Below, one piece after another: positions 45,631 to 54,677 of a DNA stretch of 64,000 bases. This DNA comes from a virus, in the IMG/VR virus record IMGVR_UViG_3300045120_000498, positions 32,001-96,000 of that record. One strand, given 5' to 3'. The notes under the pieces were generated by a model. That model was not told the origin of the DNA, did not search any database, and saw only the letters and a program-made list of their open reading frames with translations. A program made the translations under genes and the position numbers. Position 1 is the stretch's first letter. Every line of letters begins with the position of its first letter.

Positions 45631-45996
45631 CTACGGGCCGCGGCGCAGGTCGATGCCGGGCGGCAGCACCACGTTCGGGATCACGACGCCGTTGTTTGGC
45701 GCCAGCCCGGCGGCCAGGCTCGGATCGTCCGCCATCGTCTTGTTCACCGCCTGTATCAGTTCGTTGATCATCGCCATGATCGTCGGGAGCGGCAGCGCCA
45801 CCTCGACGACGGCAGTCAGCACGTGCTCCGGCCCGCGCGCGGCCAGCCCGTCCTCCGTCGCCGTCCACCCCTCCGGCCCGTCGTCGCCCGGCTTCAGGTG
45901 GTACTCGACCTGCTGCGCCTCGACCAGCCGCAGGCGAACGCCGCCGGGGATTGACTCCGCCGACGGCGTTACGTAGCCCTCCAGCGTGAACTTCAC
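45631..45996 (-). CDS. Hypothetical protein
   Basis: GTGA overlap with upstream regulator. Confidence 0.6.
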   Translation of the reverse strand: MKFTLEGYVTPSAESIPGGVRLRLVEAQQVEYHLKPGDDGPEGWTATEDGLAARGPEHVLTAVVEVALPLPTIMAMINELIQAVNKTMADDPSLAAGLAPNNGVVIPNVVLPPGIDLRRGP

Positions 45997-46367
45997 GTCT
46001 CGGGCACCTCGCGCGGGACGCGCTTGCGGGCGAACGCCGCCGCGCGTACCGCGATGATCTGGGATCGCAGCCACACTGGGCCGGACCCGAGGATTGCGAC
46101 TGGCGTCGGGACCAGGCCGTTCCTGATCCACTTCGCGAGTCGCGGCTTCTCGACGGACAGGATCACCGCCGCTTCACCCGTGCCGACAAGCTCGTCGTCG
46201 AGCGGTGGTAGCTCCACGTTCAGGCGCTCCAGCACGCTCGCAACACGAACCTGCTTGACCCCGCTGTCGATCTTGGCCTGTAGCCACGCTCGTGTCTCCG
46301 GGGCGAGCATCGGCGCAAGCGAAGCATCGACCTGATCGTCCATTGGAGTCTCGATGCTGCTTGCCAT
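45993..46367 (-). CDS. AlpA/excisionase-like HTH regulator
   Basis: LVGTGEAAVILSVEKPRLAKWIRNGLVPTPVAILGSGPVW. Confidence 0.8.
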   Translation of the reverse strand: MASSIETPMDDQVDASLAPMLAPETRAWLQAKIDSGVKQVRVASVLERLNVELPPLDDELVGTGEAAVILSVEKPRLAKWIRNGLVPTPVAILGSGPVWLRSQIIAVRAAAFARKRVPREVPET

Positions 46368-46374
46368 GTCACCC

Positions 46375-46398
46375 ACAATAGCACACGTTGTGTGCATT
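46375..46398 (-). promoter_or_regulatory. Promoter/operator box upstream of HTH regulator
   Basis: Box 46379-46398; -10 TATTGT; near-leaderless. Confidence 0.78.
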
Positions 46399-47725
46399 AG
46401 ACCGTTCCCGGCTCGGTGTAGATGGGGCGGCCCTTCCACGGCGCTCCGGCAGGCCCCTTCACGTATCCGGCGATCCACACGCAGTACGCGCCCTTCGAGT
46501 CCTGCCACTTCGCGTGGTCGGCAGTGGATACCCGCCAGTGACCGCGCACCAGGAACCGGACCGTCAGATAGTTGCCCGTCTCGTCCTTCGCGTCGCTGGT
46601 CGCCGTCGCGATGCTCACGTTGTAGATGCGCGACTCGAACCGCTGCCGCGGCGCCGCCCGGTGCATCTGCTTCAGCGCCTTGCGGGGCAGGAACGTCTCG
46701 CGGCGATCCACGTTGCGGGCCGTCACCATGTCGGCCAGCACGACCGCCCACGCCAGCATCGCGCCGCGGTAGGCGTACTCGGAGTCGGCCACCATCGGCT
46801 GGTCGGCGTCCATCGGGATGAACAGCGCGTCCGGGTGCTTCGCGACCGTCAGAAGCTCGTGCAGGTCCACCCGCTCGTAGCGGAGGCTGGACAGGATCGA
46901 CCCGTCCTTGAACCGGTGCCCGCTCGTCCGCTGGTAGTAGTCGGCCGGATCGTCCAGACCGCCCGAGCCGGAGGCGACGTACTCCCAGTCGTCCTTGCGT
47001 ACCACGATGATGCCCCACGACTGGCCGGGCACCACCTCCGTGATGCCCAGGCCCCATAGCTCGGACGTGTCGTTCGCGTTCCACACGTCCTCCGGCGGCG
47101 TGCCGTGCCAGAGCGGCATGAAGTCGCCGTTCGGGCCGCGCGCCTCGAACCACATCCGCGGGTACGGCAGCGGCGGAAGCTCCGTGAACGGCAGCCCGCC
47201 CCAGATCGAGTCGAGCACGCCCTGGGCGCCGTCCTCGCCGCCGTCCACCCGGTAGATGCCGCCGGTGCTCATCAGCGCGCGCAGGAACGTGTGCTGCTCG
47301 TGCAGCACCTCCTGATCCACGTCCGCCGTCAGGTAGCGACGAAGCTCCGGCGGAACCGCCCGCAGAAGCTCGTCGTGCGCCGACAGCGCCAACAGCCGCG
47401 CCTGGCCGGTCGGCGAGATGACGTTCCAGTCCACGTGCGTCTCGTCGTAGCCGGGGCTGTGGCGGACCATCGTGTGCTCCGCCTGATCGGTGATCGACAC
47501 CCCCTCGGGGTTCCCGATCATCGTCGAGCCGCCACGAATCCCTAGCTCGCCCGTCTCCCCGATGCCGACCGAAATCCCGGCCGCCTGAATCGCGTACTGT
47601 CGCGCCTTCCGGCGATTGACCACGCCCGGCGGCTCGCGCAGCGTCTCCAGCGCGAGCAGCACGTCCTTCTCCCGGTGCGGGATGCGATAGCCCTTCGCCA
47701 GCAGCAGCTTCTCCGCCAGCAACAT
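46397..47725 (-). CDS. 442-aa hypothetical protein with C-terminal VRGHWR...WI..YVKGP motif
   Basis: Motif recalled from phage proteins of unknown function. Confidence 0.8.
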   Translation of the reverse strand: MLLAEKLLLAKGYRIPHREKDVLLALETLREPPGVVNRRKARQYAIQAAGISVGIGETGELGIRGGSTMIGNPEGVSITDQAEHTMVRHSPGYDETHVDWNVISPTGQARLLALSAHDELLRAVPPELRRYLTADVDQEVLHEQHTFLRALMSTGGIYRVDGGEDGAQGVLDSIWGGLPFTELPPLPYPRMWFEARGPNGDFMPLWHGTPPEDVWNANDTSELWGLGITEVVPGQSWGIIVVRKDDWEYVASGSGGLDDPADYYQRTSGHRFKDGSILSSLRYERVDLHELLTVAKHPDALFIPMDADQPMVADSEYAYRGAMLAWAVVLADMVTARNVDRRETFLPRKALKQMHRAAPRQRFESRIYNVSIATATSDAKDETGNYLTVRFLVRGHWRVSTADHAKWQDSKGAYCVWIAGYVKGPAGAPWKGRPIYTEPGTV

Positions 47726-47736
47726 GATGACCTTGC

Positions 47737-47788
47737 CCTTTCCGCCGGATCATCCGGCAGGCGGAGCATAGCACACTCCGTGTGTATC
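47737..47788 (-). promoter_or_regulatory. Promoter/operator box + hairpin-SD leader (variant stem GCCGGA/TCCGGC)
   Basis: Box 47769-47788; -10 TATGCT. Confidence 0.82.
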
Positions 47789-48188
47789 AGGTCGGCCAGG
47801 CTTCGATCACCGGCGGGTCGATCAGGTCGAGCGTGATCATGTCGCCCACCGTCGCCACCGGCGCCCGCCGCACCCGCACCCGCGTCGAACGCAGCCGCCC
47901 GTAGCTCGTGGTAGCCACCAGCGCCGTCACCGCGCCCCGCTCCCACACCACGCCGTCGCACAGGTGAAACAGCGCGAGCGCCTGCGCGAGCGGCATCTGC
48001 GCCTTCGGGTAGGCAGGCGCCAGCGTCTTCAGCAGCCCCTCCGACATGCCCGTCCCGTAGTGCGACTGCGGCCGCTCCACCGTCACGTGCACGTGCACCT
48101 CGATGGGACCCGGGATCGCCTCGTCCACCTCGGCCACCAGTTCCGACGGGTCGGACGGCTCGTGCAGCATCACGTCCATCACGTCCAC
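47787..48188 (-). CDS. Hypothetical protein
   Basis: GTG start after rusA stop. Confidence 0.6.
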   Translation of the reverse strand: MDVMDVMLHEPSDPSELVAEVDEAIPGPIEVHVHVTVERPQSHYGTGMSEGLLKTLAPAYPKAQMPLAQALALFHLCDGVVWERGAVTALVATTSYGRLRSTRVRVRRAPVATVGDMITLDLIDPPVIEAWPT

Positions 48189-48190
48189 GG

Positions 48191-49090
48191 CTAGCCAAGC
48201 GTCAACTGCGTCTGCGCCAACTCCGCCGTGCACTCGATGCTGCACGTCTGCGGCGGCCGCTTCCTGGTGCCCGGGTTGAACGGCTCGCAACACACCGCGC
48301 AGCGCGGCCAGTGGTCGGTCCCGCGAGGAATCGTCGGATCGACGTACTGCATCACCGAGACGACGGTACGCGGATTCTCGGTGTCGAGCGTCATGCCCGT
48401 CGCCTTCGCCGTCACCTGCGCGTCGTCCAACCACAGCCCACCATCGTTTCCCGCATCGAGCACCAGCTTCTCCAGGTTGTCCACGTCGATCCGTCGCCGC
48501 GACCCGAGCGCGAAGAACAGGCCCAGCGCCACGTTCCCGCGAAGCGTCGGCAGCGTCGCGAAGCGGGCCGCCAGCACGTCCCTCGCGGCCGTCGCGGCCT
48601 TCGGCACGTAATGCCCCCCGTCCGGGCGCGTCCCGGCACGCGGCCACGGGACCGGCGCGCCAGGCACCTCGATCACCAGCCCGGTCGCGCCGTGGCGGCC
48701 GACCAGCCACCCAACCGACACGCCCGCGATCATCGACGCCTCGCCGCCCACCCGGCCGCCGTCCCGCAGCAGGTGCGTGCCGTCGTCGAACTCCACCCCG
48801 ATCCGGAACGCGCGGTCGATCACCGCACCAGCCGACCGGCCCATCTGATGCGCCAGCAGCGCCACCGACGCCACGCCGTCCGCGCGCGCCTCCGGGAACT
48901 CGGCCCTGATCCGCGCATCCTCCCGCGCCCGGAACACACGCCGGAAGTCGTCCCGGCGCCGCACGCCCTCCTTCTTGAACCGCTGCTCCACCGACGCCCG
49001 CTGATTGCCGACCTCCAGCGCCACCAGCGCCGTATGCCCGAGCCGCGCGTACGACTCGATCAGCGCCTCCAACGGCAGACTCCGCGCCAT
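48191..49090 (-). CDS. rusA: RusA-family Holliday junction resolvase with N-terminal extension and C-terminal Zn finger
   Basis: PVPWPRA, IDVDNLEKLVLDA, DDAQV; CAVC...CSIEC. Confidence 0.85.
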   Translation of the reverse strand: MARSLPLEALIESYARLGHTALVALEVGNQRASVEQRFKKEGVRRRDDFRRVFRAREDARIRAEFPEARADGVASVALLAHQMGRSAGAVIDRAFRIGVEFDDGTHLLRDGGRVGGEASMIAGVSVGWLVGRHGATGLVIEVPGAPVPWPRAGTRPDGGHYVPKAATAARDVLAARFATLPTLRGNVALGLFFALGSRRRIDVDNLEKLVLDAGNDGGLWLDDAQVTAKATGMTLDTENPRTVVSVMQYVDPTIPRGTDHWPRCAVCCEPFNPGTRKRPPQTCSIECTAELAQTQLTLG

Positions 49091-49250
49091 CCCGCCCCCC
49101 TCAGTCGAAGTCGCGGTCCGGCGGCCGCCAGTGCAGCGCCCACAGGTACGCCAGGCGAAGCAGCGCCGCGATCCCAAGCACGATCACGACCACATCGGCC
49201 ACCGCGCCACCCTACCGCAACACCCATCCGCGTCACTCCCGACGTGTGTA

Positions 49251-49850
49251 TCACGAATCGGCCTTCCGATCCATCGACAGGTCCGGCACCGGCCCGATCT
49301 GCTTGACCACCGCCGGAGCCAGGATCGCAGGCAGCACGTTGCCCGTACGACGCCGGTCGAGCACCATCGCCTTCACCGCTCGCCGGAACCGGTCATCACG
49401 CTCGGGCACCAGGTTCCGGACGAACGCCCCGGAATCGTCCACGCCACCGGTCGTAGTCATGCCCCAATCACCCCACGACCCAGCCGCCAGCACGACCGCC
49501 TCCGCGATGATCGGATCGGAGAACTCCGGCATCGGCCGCTGCGTGCCACGGAACTTGCCGACCTCCGCGTACACCTCCGCCAGCCACCGGTTCGCGATCA
49601 AGTCCGGGTCAGCATCGACGCCGGTGGACTTCGCCGTCCACGCCTCCGCAATCTCCGGCCACGACGGCGGGAACGGCGAGCCACGCCGGAAGAAGTCGTT
49701 CACGACCGCCAGTGCGTGCTCCAGCGTCGCCTCCGGCGGCATCGTCCCAGCGACGACGGCGGCCGACTCGTCCGTCAGCGGATCGACCAGCCGCGGCGGC
49801 CACAGCGCCTTGATCGCCGCGTATACCTTCACCACGTCGCTCGCCTTCAT
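49251..49850 (-). CDS. Helicase loader/inhibitor (G39P/lambda P-like)
   Basis: FPPSWPEI...DPIIAEAV...GSWGDWG; directly after initiator gene. Confidence 0.6.
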   Translation of the reverse strand: MKASDVVKVYAAIKALWPPRLVDPLTDESAAVVAGTMPPEATLEHALAVVNDFFRRGSPFPPSWPEIAEAWTAKSTGVDADPDLIANRWLAEVYAEVGKFRGTQRPMPEFSDPIIAEAVVLAAGSWGDWGMTTTGGVDDSGAFVRNLVPERDDRFRRAVKAMVLDRRRTGNVLPAILAPAVVKQIGPVPDLSMDRKADS

Positions 49851-50683
49851 CGCCCCTCGGCCTCCAGCCGATCCGCCATCGCCACCAGGTCATCGAACGT
49901 CTGCACCGACCGCCGCCCTGCTGGCCGTGAGCCGGTGCCGCTCCACTCCTTCGAGCGAGCGAGCGCGTTCGGGAAGGCGTTCGGTCCGAAGATCACGTTC
50001 AGTCGCGGCGCACCGTCCCACCACGGCGACGCAAGCTCGGCGGCGATCACCGCCCGGTAGTCGGTCATCTCCAGCGTCGGATTGTCGCGAAGGCGGCCTA
50101 CCACGAGCCGCAGGTGTTCCCGAGGTTTGAGCGTGACCTTCGTCCCGGCAAGCTCGTTGAACACGGCGACCACCGCCTCAGCTTGCCGGAACTCGTCCGG
50201 CGTGACCTTCGCTCCGAGCACGACCGTGCCGACGCCGACGTGGCCTGTCGGCTTCCGTGCATCTGGGACTAGGGTTGACGGTTCACCTGACGGTTCACCG
50301 CTTTCCGGTCGCGCGCGCGTAGGGCGCTCCTGGAGTTCCCCATTTTCTGCGGCTGGAGTTCCTGATAACGGCGCCGAAGTGGCGGCCCTGGGTTCCTCAT
50401 TCTCGAAGCCGTATAGCGCCAGCACGTCGGCCGTCGGGAAGACGAGGTAGACGTTCCCGCCGCGCCGCCGGTTCCGGATCGCGAGGACGCCTCGCTCGAC
50501 CAGCTTCGCGAGCATCGTGCTGATGTGCCGCTCAGTGCAGTTACAGGCTCGTGCGAGTCGCGACCGGCCGGGGAAGCAGTAGCCGTCGGGGTTCGCCGCG
50601 TCGGCCAGCGCGAGGAGCAGCACCTTCTCGCCGTTCGGCATGTCCGGGAGGTACAGCGCCCGGCCGAATAGCTCCGCGCTCAC
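49847..50683 (-). CDS. Phage replication initiator (N-terminal wHTH, conserved C-terminal domain)
   Basis: EKVLLLALADAAN.DG.CFPG..RLA..C..TER.I...L..L...G; VFNELAG...IFG...F. Confidence 0.82.
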   Translation of the reverse strand: MSAELFGRALYLPDMPNGEKVLLLALADAANPDGYCFPGRSRLARACNCTERHISTMLAKLVERGVLAIRNRRRGGNVYLVFPTADVLALYGFENEEPRAATSAPLSGTPAAENGELQERPTRARPESGEPSGEPSTLVPDARKPTGHVGVGTVVLGAKVTPDEFRQAEAVVAVFNELAGTKVTLKPREHLRLVVGRLRDNPTLEMTDYRAVIAAELASPWWDGAPRLNVIFGPNAFPNALARSKEWSGTGSRPAGRRSVQTFDDLVAMADRLEAEGR

Positions 50684-51030
50684 GACCGCACCATCTCGTA
50701 GCTGCTGCCGGTAGCCAGGCCGCGCTCCCCTCCCTGCCCCACCGTGACCTCGCCCGCCTTCCGCAGCCGGATCAGTGACCTCCGAACGGCGGCGCGGGTC
50801 AGTCCCGTCTCGGCGGAGATGGCGAGGTGCGTCATCCCAGCAGCGGCACGTTCCGCGTTCGCCGTCAAGAACTCGCGGATGATCCGATCCTTGTCGGGCC
50901 GTCCGTTAGTGAGGTAGCCGCGGTCCGCCCACCGCGCCCGCGCGTCCAGTCGGCTTAGTTCCGCCATCTCCAACCGCAAGCGCGCTAGCTCGCGAATGCG
51001 CTCCTCGGCGCGGCTCCGTACCTGAGCCAT
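50680..51030 (-). CDS. Winged-helix DNA-binding protein
   Basis: THLAISAETGLTRAAVRRSLIRLRKAGEV. Confidence 0.75.
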   Translation of the reverse strand: MAQVRSRAEERIRELARLRLEMAELSRLDARARWADRGYLTNGRPDKDRIIREFLTANAERAAAGMTHLAISAETGLTRAAVRRSLIRLRKAGEVTVGQGGERGLATGSSYEMVRS

Positions 51031-51244
51031 AACCAGCCTCCCAGGCATCGCGCACGCCATGTGCTACGCTCACGATGCGTGTATTTGTTTGGCGGCCGGT
51101 AGGGGCAGTAACCCCGATGATCCGGCCGCTTTTCGTTCTAGCAGGACCGCCCCCGCAGCGTCCAACGTGACTTCCCGCACATAGCGGGAACCTCCGCAGC
51201 GGCGGACGCGGCCCAGCACCGCGCCCGCCGCGCGCTCCGGGGGC

Positions 51245-51649
51245 CTAATCCTCCGCCCGACGCACCCGGTGCATCCGCACCTTGTGCCGCCGCTCGGTGC
51301 CGTCCACGTAGCCGTCCTTGCCGAGATGATCGACGAACGCCACCTCCGTCACGATCCCCTCGACCCAGATGCGCACCCGCTCGCCCTTCTCGAACTGGCC
51401 CTCCACCGGCAGCGTCCCGCCCAGCAGCCGCATCGACGCCGACTCCGGCGCCTCGCCGCCCGCATCGAGCGTGATCGACCCGCCGGTGCCGGGAATCGGC
51501 ATCTGACCCAGCCGCGTCTCCAAGTCCTCGGCCTGCGCCTCGATGCTCGCCTCCGGATCACCCTCGCCGCCGTTGTCCGGCTGGCCCGGATCGTCCGGCT
51601 CGCCTTCGCCGTTGCCCGTGTCAGGGTCGGCCGTCTCGGCTTTCGCCAT
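51245..51649 (-). CDS. Acidic hypothetical protein
   Basis: GGAGGG RBS; MAKAETAD... Confidence 0.7.
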   Translation of the reverse strand: MAKAETADPDTGNGEGEPDDPGQPDNGGEGDPEASIEAQAEDLETRLGQMPIPGTGGSITLDAGGEAPESASMRLLGGTLPVEGQFEKGERVRIWVEGIVTEVAFVDHLGKDGYVDGTERRHKVRMHRVRRAED

Positions 51650-51737
51650 GCTGCCCTCCAGTCTCGCGGTCGGTCGATCATTGCCGTTCGCACCGGCGGG
51701 ACGCAACGACAAACCCCGCAGGTAGCGACCGTTTCGT

Positions 51738-52004
51738 TCAGTCCCGCAGCCACTCCAGCGGGATCGGGAAGTCGTCCTCGTGATCCTCGACGCCGACCAA
51801 CCGACCGTCGAACGCCGCCTTGAACTCGTGCACCGCCATCGCCTCCCGGTACACCCGCCGCAGCCGCGACGACACGTGCCCGGTCGAGAGCATCAGCGAG
51901 TAGTCCGGCAGCCCCGCGACCATCTCTCGCAACACGACCAGCGCCTCCGCCGAGTACGTCGCCGCGCCGGTCGCGCCCGGCGGCTTCACCCGGTACGTCT
52001 TCAC
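51738..52004 (-). CDS. Hypothetical protein
   Basis: GGAGGG RBS, GTGA overlap. Confidence 0.6.
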   Translation of the reverse strand: MKTYRVKPPGATGAATYSAEALVVLREMVAGLPDYSLMLSTGHVSSRLRRVYREAMAVHEFKAAFDGRLVGVEDHEDDFPIPLEWLRD

Positions 52005-52246
52005 GCCCCCTCCAGGGCAGCGTCGATCCGCTCGCACAGGTCGGCCACCTCGGCGTCCGGCGTGAACCGGCCCGGCAGCACGACGCAGATCACCGTCGCG
52101 CCCTCGCGTTCGTACACGCCGCGGAACAGCAGCGCCCGAGCCTCGCGTGGCAGATTCGGGTCGTTCCCTGCCATCACCTCCACACCGGGCCGGTGCTGCG
52201 ACCAGCCCAGGTGACCGATGACGATGCGAGCGGACTCGGCCATCAC
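52001..52246 (-). CDS. Hypothetical protein
   Basis: Coupled ORF. Confidence 0.6.
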   Translation of the reverse strand: MMAESARIVIGHLGWSQHRPGVEVMAGNDPNLPREARALLFRGVYEREGATVICVVLPGRFTPDAEVADLCERIDAALEGA

Positions 52247-52947
52247 GCGACCGGCTCCTTCTCAGCCGCCTGCATCCCGAACCCGCGCGTCTCCGCGCAC
52301 TTGAAGTGGTACGCAGGCATGTCGAAGCCCGGCGCGATCCCCGACTCCGACCAGCCAAACCGCTCACCGCACGCCGGACACCGCACCTTCCGCCACCGCT
52401 GAAGCCGACCCCACGGGATCACCTGCACGCTCCAGTGGTGAACGTGCCAGGCGTGCATGTGCCGGAAGACGAACCACCACCACCAGTCGGCCAGCTTGTC
52501 CTCGTCGTGATGCGCCGTAAGCTGCCGCGTCCGCACCGCCCGGCGGCACGAGTCGTCATCGCCGCCCTTGTCAGGATCGACGTGCCACACCGTGACCAGC
52601 GGCGGGAAGTAGTACCTGCGCCTGCCGAACAGCCAGAAGTGCCACGAGAAGTAGAGCCGCCGCCGCCGCGGGCACGGCGTGAAGCCGCGTCCGAGACAGT
52701 CCGGGCACTCGTCGCCCGGCCCGTACACGTGCCGCACCTGGTAGCTCGGCACCGGATCGCGCACCTTCCCGTCGTCGCAGTGCGCGCACGTGAACCGCGC
52801 CGCGCGACAGTTCAGCGGACCCCACTGCCGGTGCCGGTAGAGCTTCGGCTGCGGACTTCGCTTCTGCTCCGTCCACCGCTTCCCGTTCGGGTTCTTCTGC
52901 GGCCACGGCCGTAGCACGTCGAAGATCACCGTGAGCGGGTCATGCAC
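52243..52947 (-). CDS. Trp/His-rich protein with CxxCxGxG zinc fingers
   Basis: CAHCDDG, CPDCLGRG, CPACG. Confidence 0.7.
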   Translation of the reverse strand: MHDPLTVIFDVLRPWPQKNPNGKRWTEQKRSPQPKLYRHRQWGPLNCRAARFTCAHCDDGKVRDPVPSYQVRHVYGPGDECPDCLGRGFTPCPRRRRLYFSWHFWLFGRRRYYFPPLVTVWHVDPDKGGDDDSCRRAVRTRQLTAHHDEDKLADWWWWFVFRHMHAWHVHHWSVQVIPWGRLQRWRKVRCPACGERFGWSESGIAPGFDMPAYHFKCAETRGFGMQAAEKEPVA

Positions 52948-53122
52948 CGCGCACCCCCTGTTCTCTCAGCCACGTGTCGATCCGCTCGCGCAGGTCCTCG
53001 TGCCCATGCTGCGGATCGAACAACGTCACCTCGCGCGCCTCCCGCAGCAGATCGCGCGCCTCCGCCAGCGCACCCCGAATCTCAACTCCCGGGTCCGGCG
53101 CCGCCGTCGCCACCGCCATCAC
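52940..53122 (-). CDS. Hypothetical protein
   Basis: Coupled ORF. Confidence 0.6.
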   Translation of the reverse strand: MMAVATAAPDPGVEIRGALAEARDLLREAREVTLFDPQHGHEDLRERIDTWLREQGVRGA

Positions 53123-54423
53123 TCAGCGCCCCGCGCGTGCGCCTCCGCCAGCGCCCCCTCCAACGCCGCCAGGATCACCGCATCCTCCTCGTTCGACTTG
53201 TCCTTCCGAGGCACGTGCTCCACGTACCGCGTCGAGAGCGTCTTCCGGTACAGCCGGTCCGGATTCACCTCGCCCAACGCCAGCGCCGTCTCCAACGCCT
53301 CCCGCGTCGGCCGCTCGACCCGCTCAGACGCCACGTAGCCGTACACCCGCGGCCCCTTCGCATCCCGGATCGGCACCGGCCCATGCACGTCCGACCACGC
53401 CTGAAGCGCCGCCCGCGCCTGCTTCGCGACCGCCGCGCCGACCACCAGTTGCCGCGCCGTCCGCTGCGCATCCACCGCGTCGATGATCTTCCCCTCGCGG
53501 CGCAGGTTGATCGGGATGGGACACGCCTCCGGCCGCAGACAGAACGAGCACCGCTTCCCCGGCGACGGCGGGAACAGCCGCTCCGACCACGACCGGTCGA
53601 ACCGCTCCACCAGCGCCGCCATCTCCAACCGCACGTCCTCCAGCGCCTCCCGCGTCAGCGTCGCCTCGCGCGGCTCCGAGTAGCGCGGATAGAACTCGCG
53701 CAGCGTCACCCGCTCGATGCTCGGGTAGTTGTCGAACACCAGCAGCGCGTAGAACCGCTGCTGGAAGTAGCCGCCGAACGACACCTCCGCGGTCGCCGGA
53801 AGCGCCCACGTGTCCTTGAAGTCGATCACGATGGCGTCCCGGTCGCCGTGCTCCGCGAACAGCGCGTCAAGCTGCCCCGTCACCGTCCGAGACACGTAGC
53901 CACCGTGGCCGTCCGGGTAACGCACCGTCGCCGACAGCCGTTCCTCGACCGCCACCAGGTTCGACACGTCCCACTCCGTGTCATGCGCGAACTTCTTGAC
54001 CACCATGTAGAGGTCCTTCACCTCGCGCAACGGCAGGTTCATCAGTTGCGACGCGAACTCGTGCCCGCACTCGCGGCACTTCCGGTGCGACCGCGCATCC
54101 ATCCCCCGCGCGATGTCCGTCGAACCGCACACCGGACACTGCCGGTCGGCGTCGTCCTGTCGCAACACGTCATGCAGGATCGCCAGCGCCGCATCGACCG
54201 GGATCGACCCCTCCTTCATCTTCGCCATGTCCAGAAGGCACTGCGCAGCGACCCGGTGGAAGATCGTCCCGCGCGCCTGCGGCGTCGTCGCGCCGATCCG
54301 ATCCTCCGCCTCCCACCGCGCCGACAACGCGCACTCGTCGAAGGCCGACAGCATCGACTGCCGCACACGCGGGAACTTCAGCACCGCCGCCGCGTACGGC
54401 CCCAGCCCCTCGGTCGTCACCAT
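53119..54423 (-). CDS. PD-(D/E)xK (RecB/Cas4-like) exonuclease, partner of Bet
   Basis: RQS...FDEC, RGTIFH, GQLD...IDFK, QQRFYA, CSFC...C; inserted CPVC...CREC finger. Confidence 0.88.
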   Translation of the reverse strand: MVTTEGLGPYAAAVLKFPRVRQSMLSAFDECALSARWEAEDRIGATTPQARGTIFHRVAAQCLLDMAKMKEGSIPVDAALAILHDVLRQDDADRQCPVCGSTDIARGMDARSHRKCRECGHEFASQLMNLPLREVKDLYMVVKKFAHDTEWDVSNLVAVEERLSATVRYPDGHGGYVSRTVTGQLDALFAEHGDRDAIVIDFKDTWALPATAEVSFGGYFQQRFYALLVFDNYPSIERVTLREFYPRYSEPREATLTREALEDVRLEMAALVERFDRSWSERLFPPSPGKRCSFCLRPEACPIPINLRREGKIIDAVDAQRTARQLVVGAAVAKQARAALQAWSDVHGPVPIRDAKGPRVYGYVASERVERPTREALETALALGEVNPDRLYRKTLSTRYVEHVPRKDKSNEEDAVILAALEGALAEAHARGAE

Positions 54424-54677
54424 TCCTCCCTCGCTCGGGTAGCGGCCTCGATGTGCTCTCTCGCAACACGGTACGCCCTGTCCTCCCGGACGCCCCGGCG
54501 GTAGCGGATCAGCACCTCGATCAGCCCCGCCAGCGCCACGCCGGACACGATCAGGAACATCACGTCGAGCGGCACGTAGTTCGTCGCCCAGTCGTACGCC
54601 GCCGTCAGCGCAGGCCACCCCGTCGCGCCGGTCACGAACCCAGCGATCAGCAGCGCGATCACCGCCAACCACCTCAC
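54417..54677 (-). CDS. Two-TM membrane protein
   Basis: Two hydrophobic helices. Confidence 0.65.
   Translation of the reverse strand: MRWLAVIALLIAGFVTGATGWPALTAAYDWATNYVPLDVMFLIVSGVALAGLIEVLIRYRRGVREDRAYRVAREHIEAATRAREEW

Noticed and set aside
53119-54423. Cas4-like nuclease as evidence of a CRISPR system
   Set aside because: No repeat-spacer array or other cas genes seen; adjacency to bet marks it as the recombination exonuclease.
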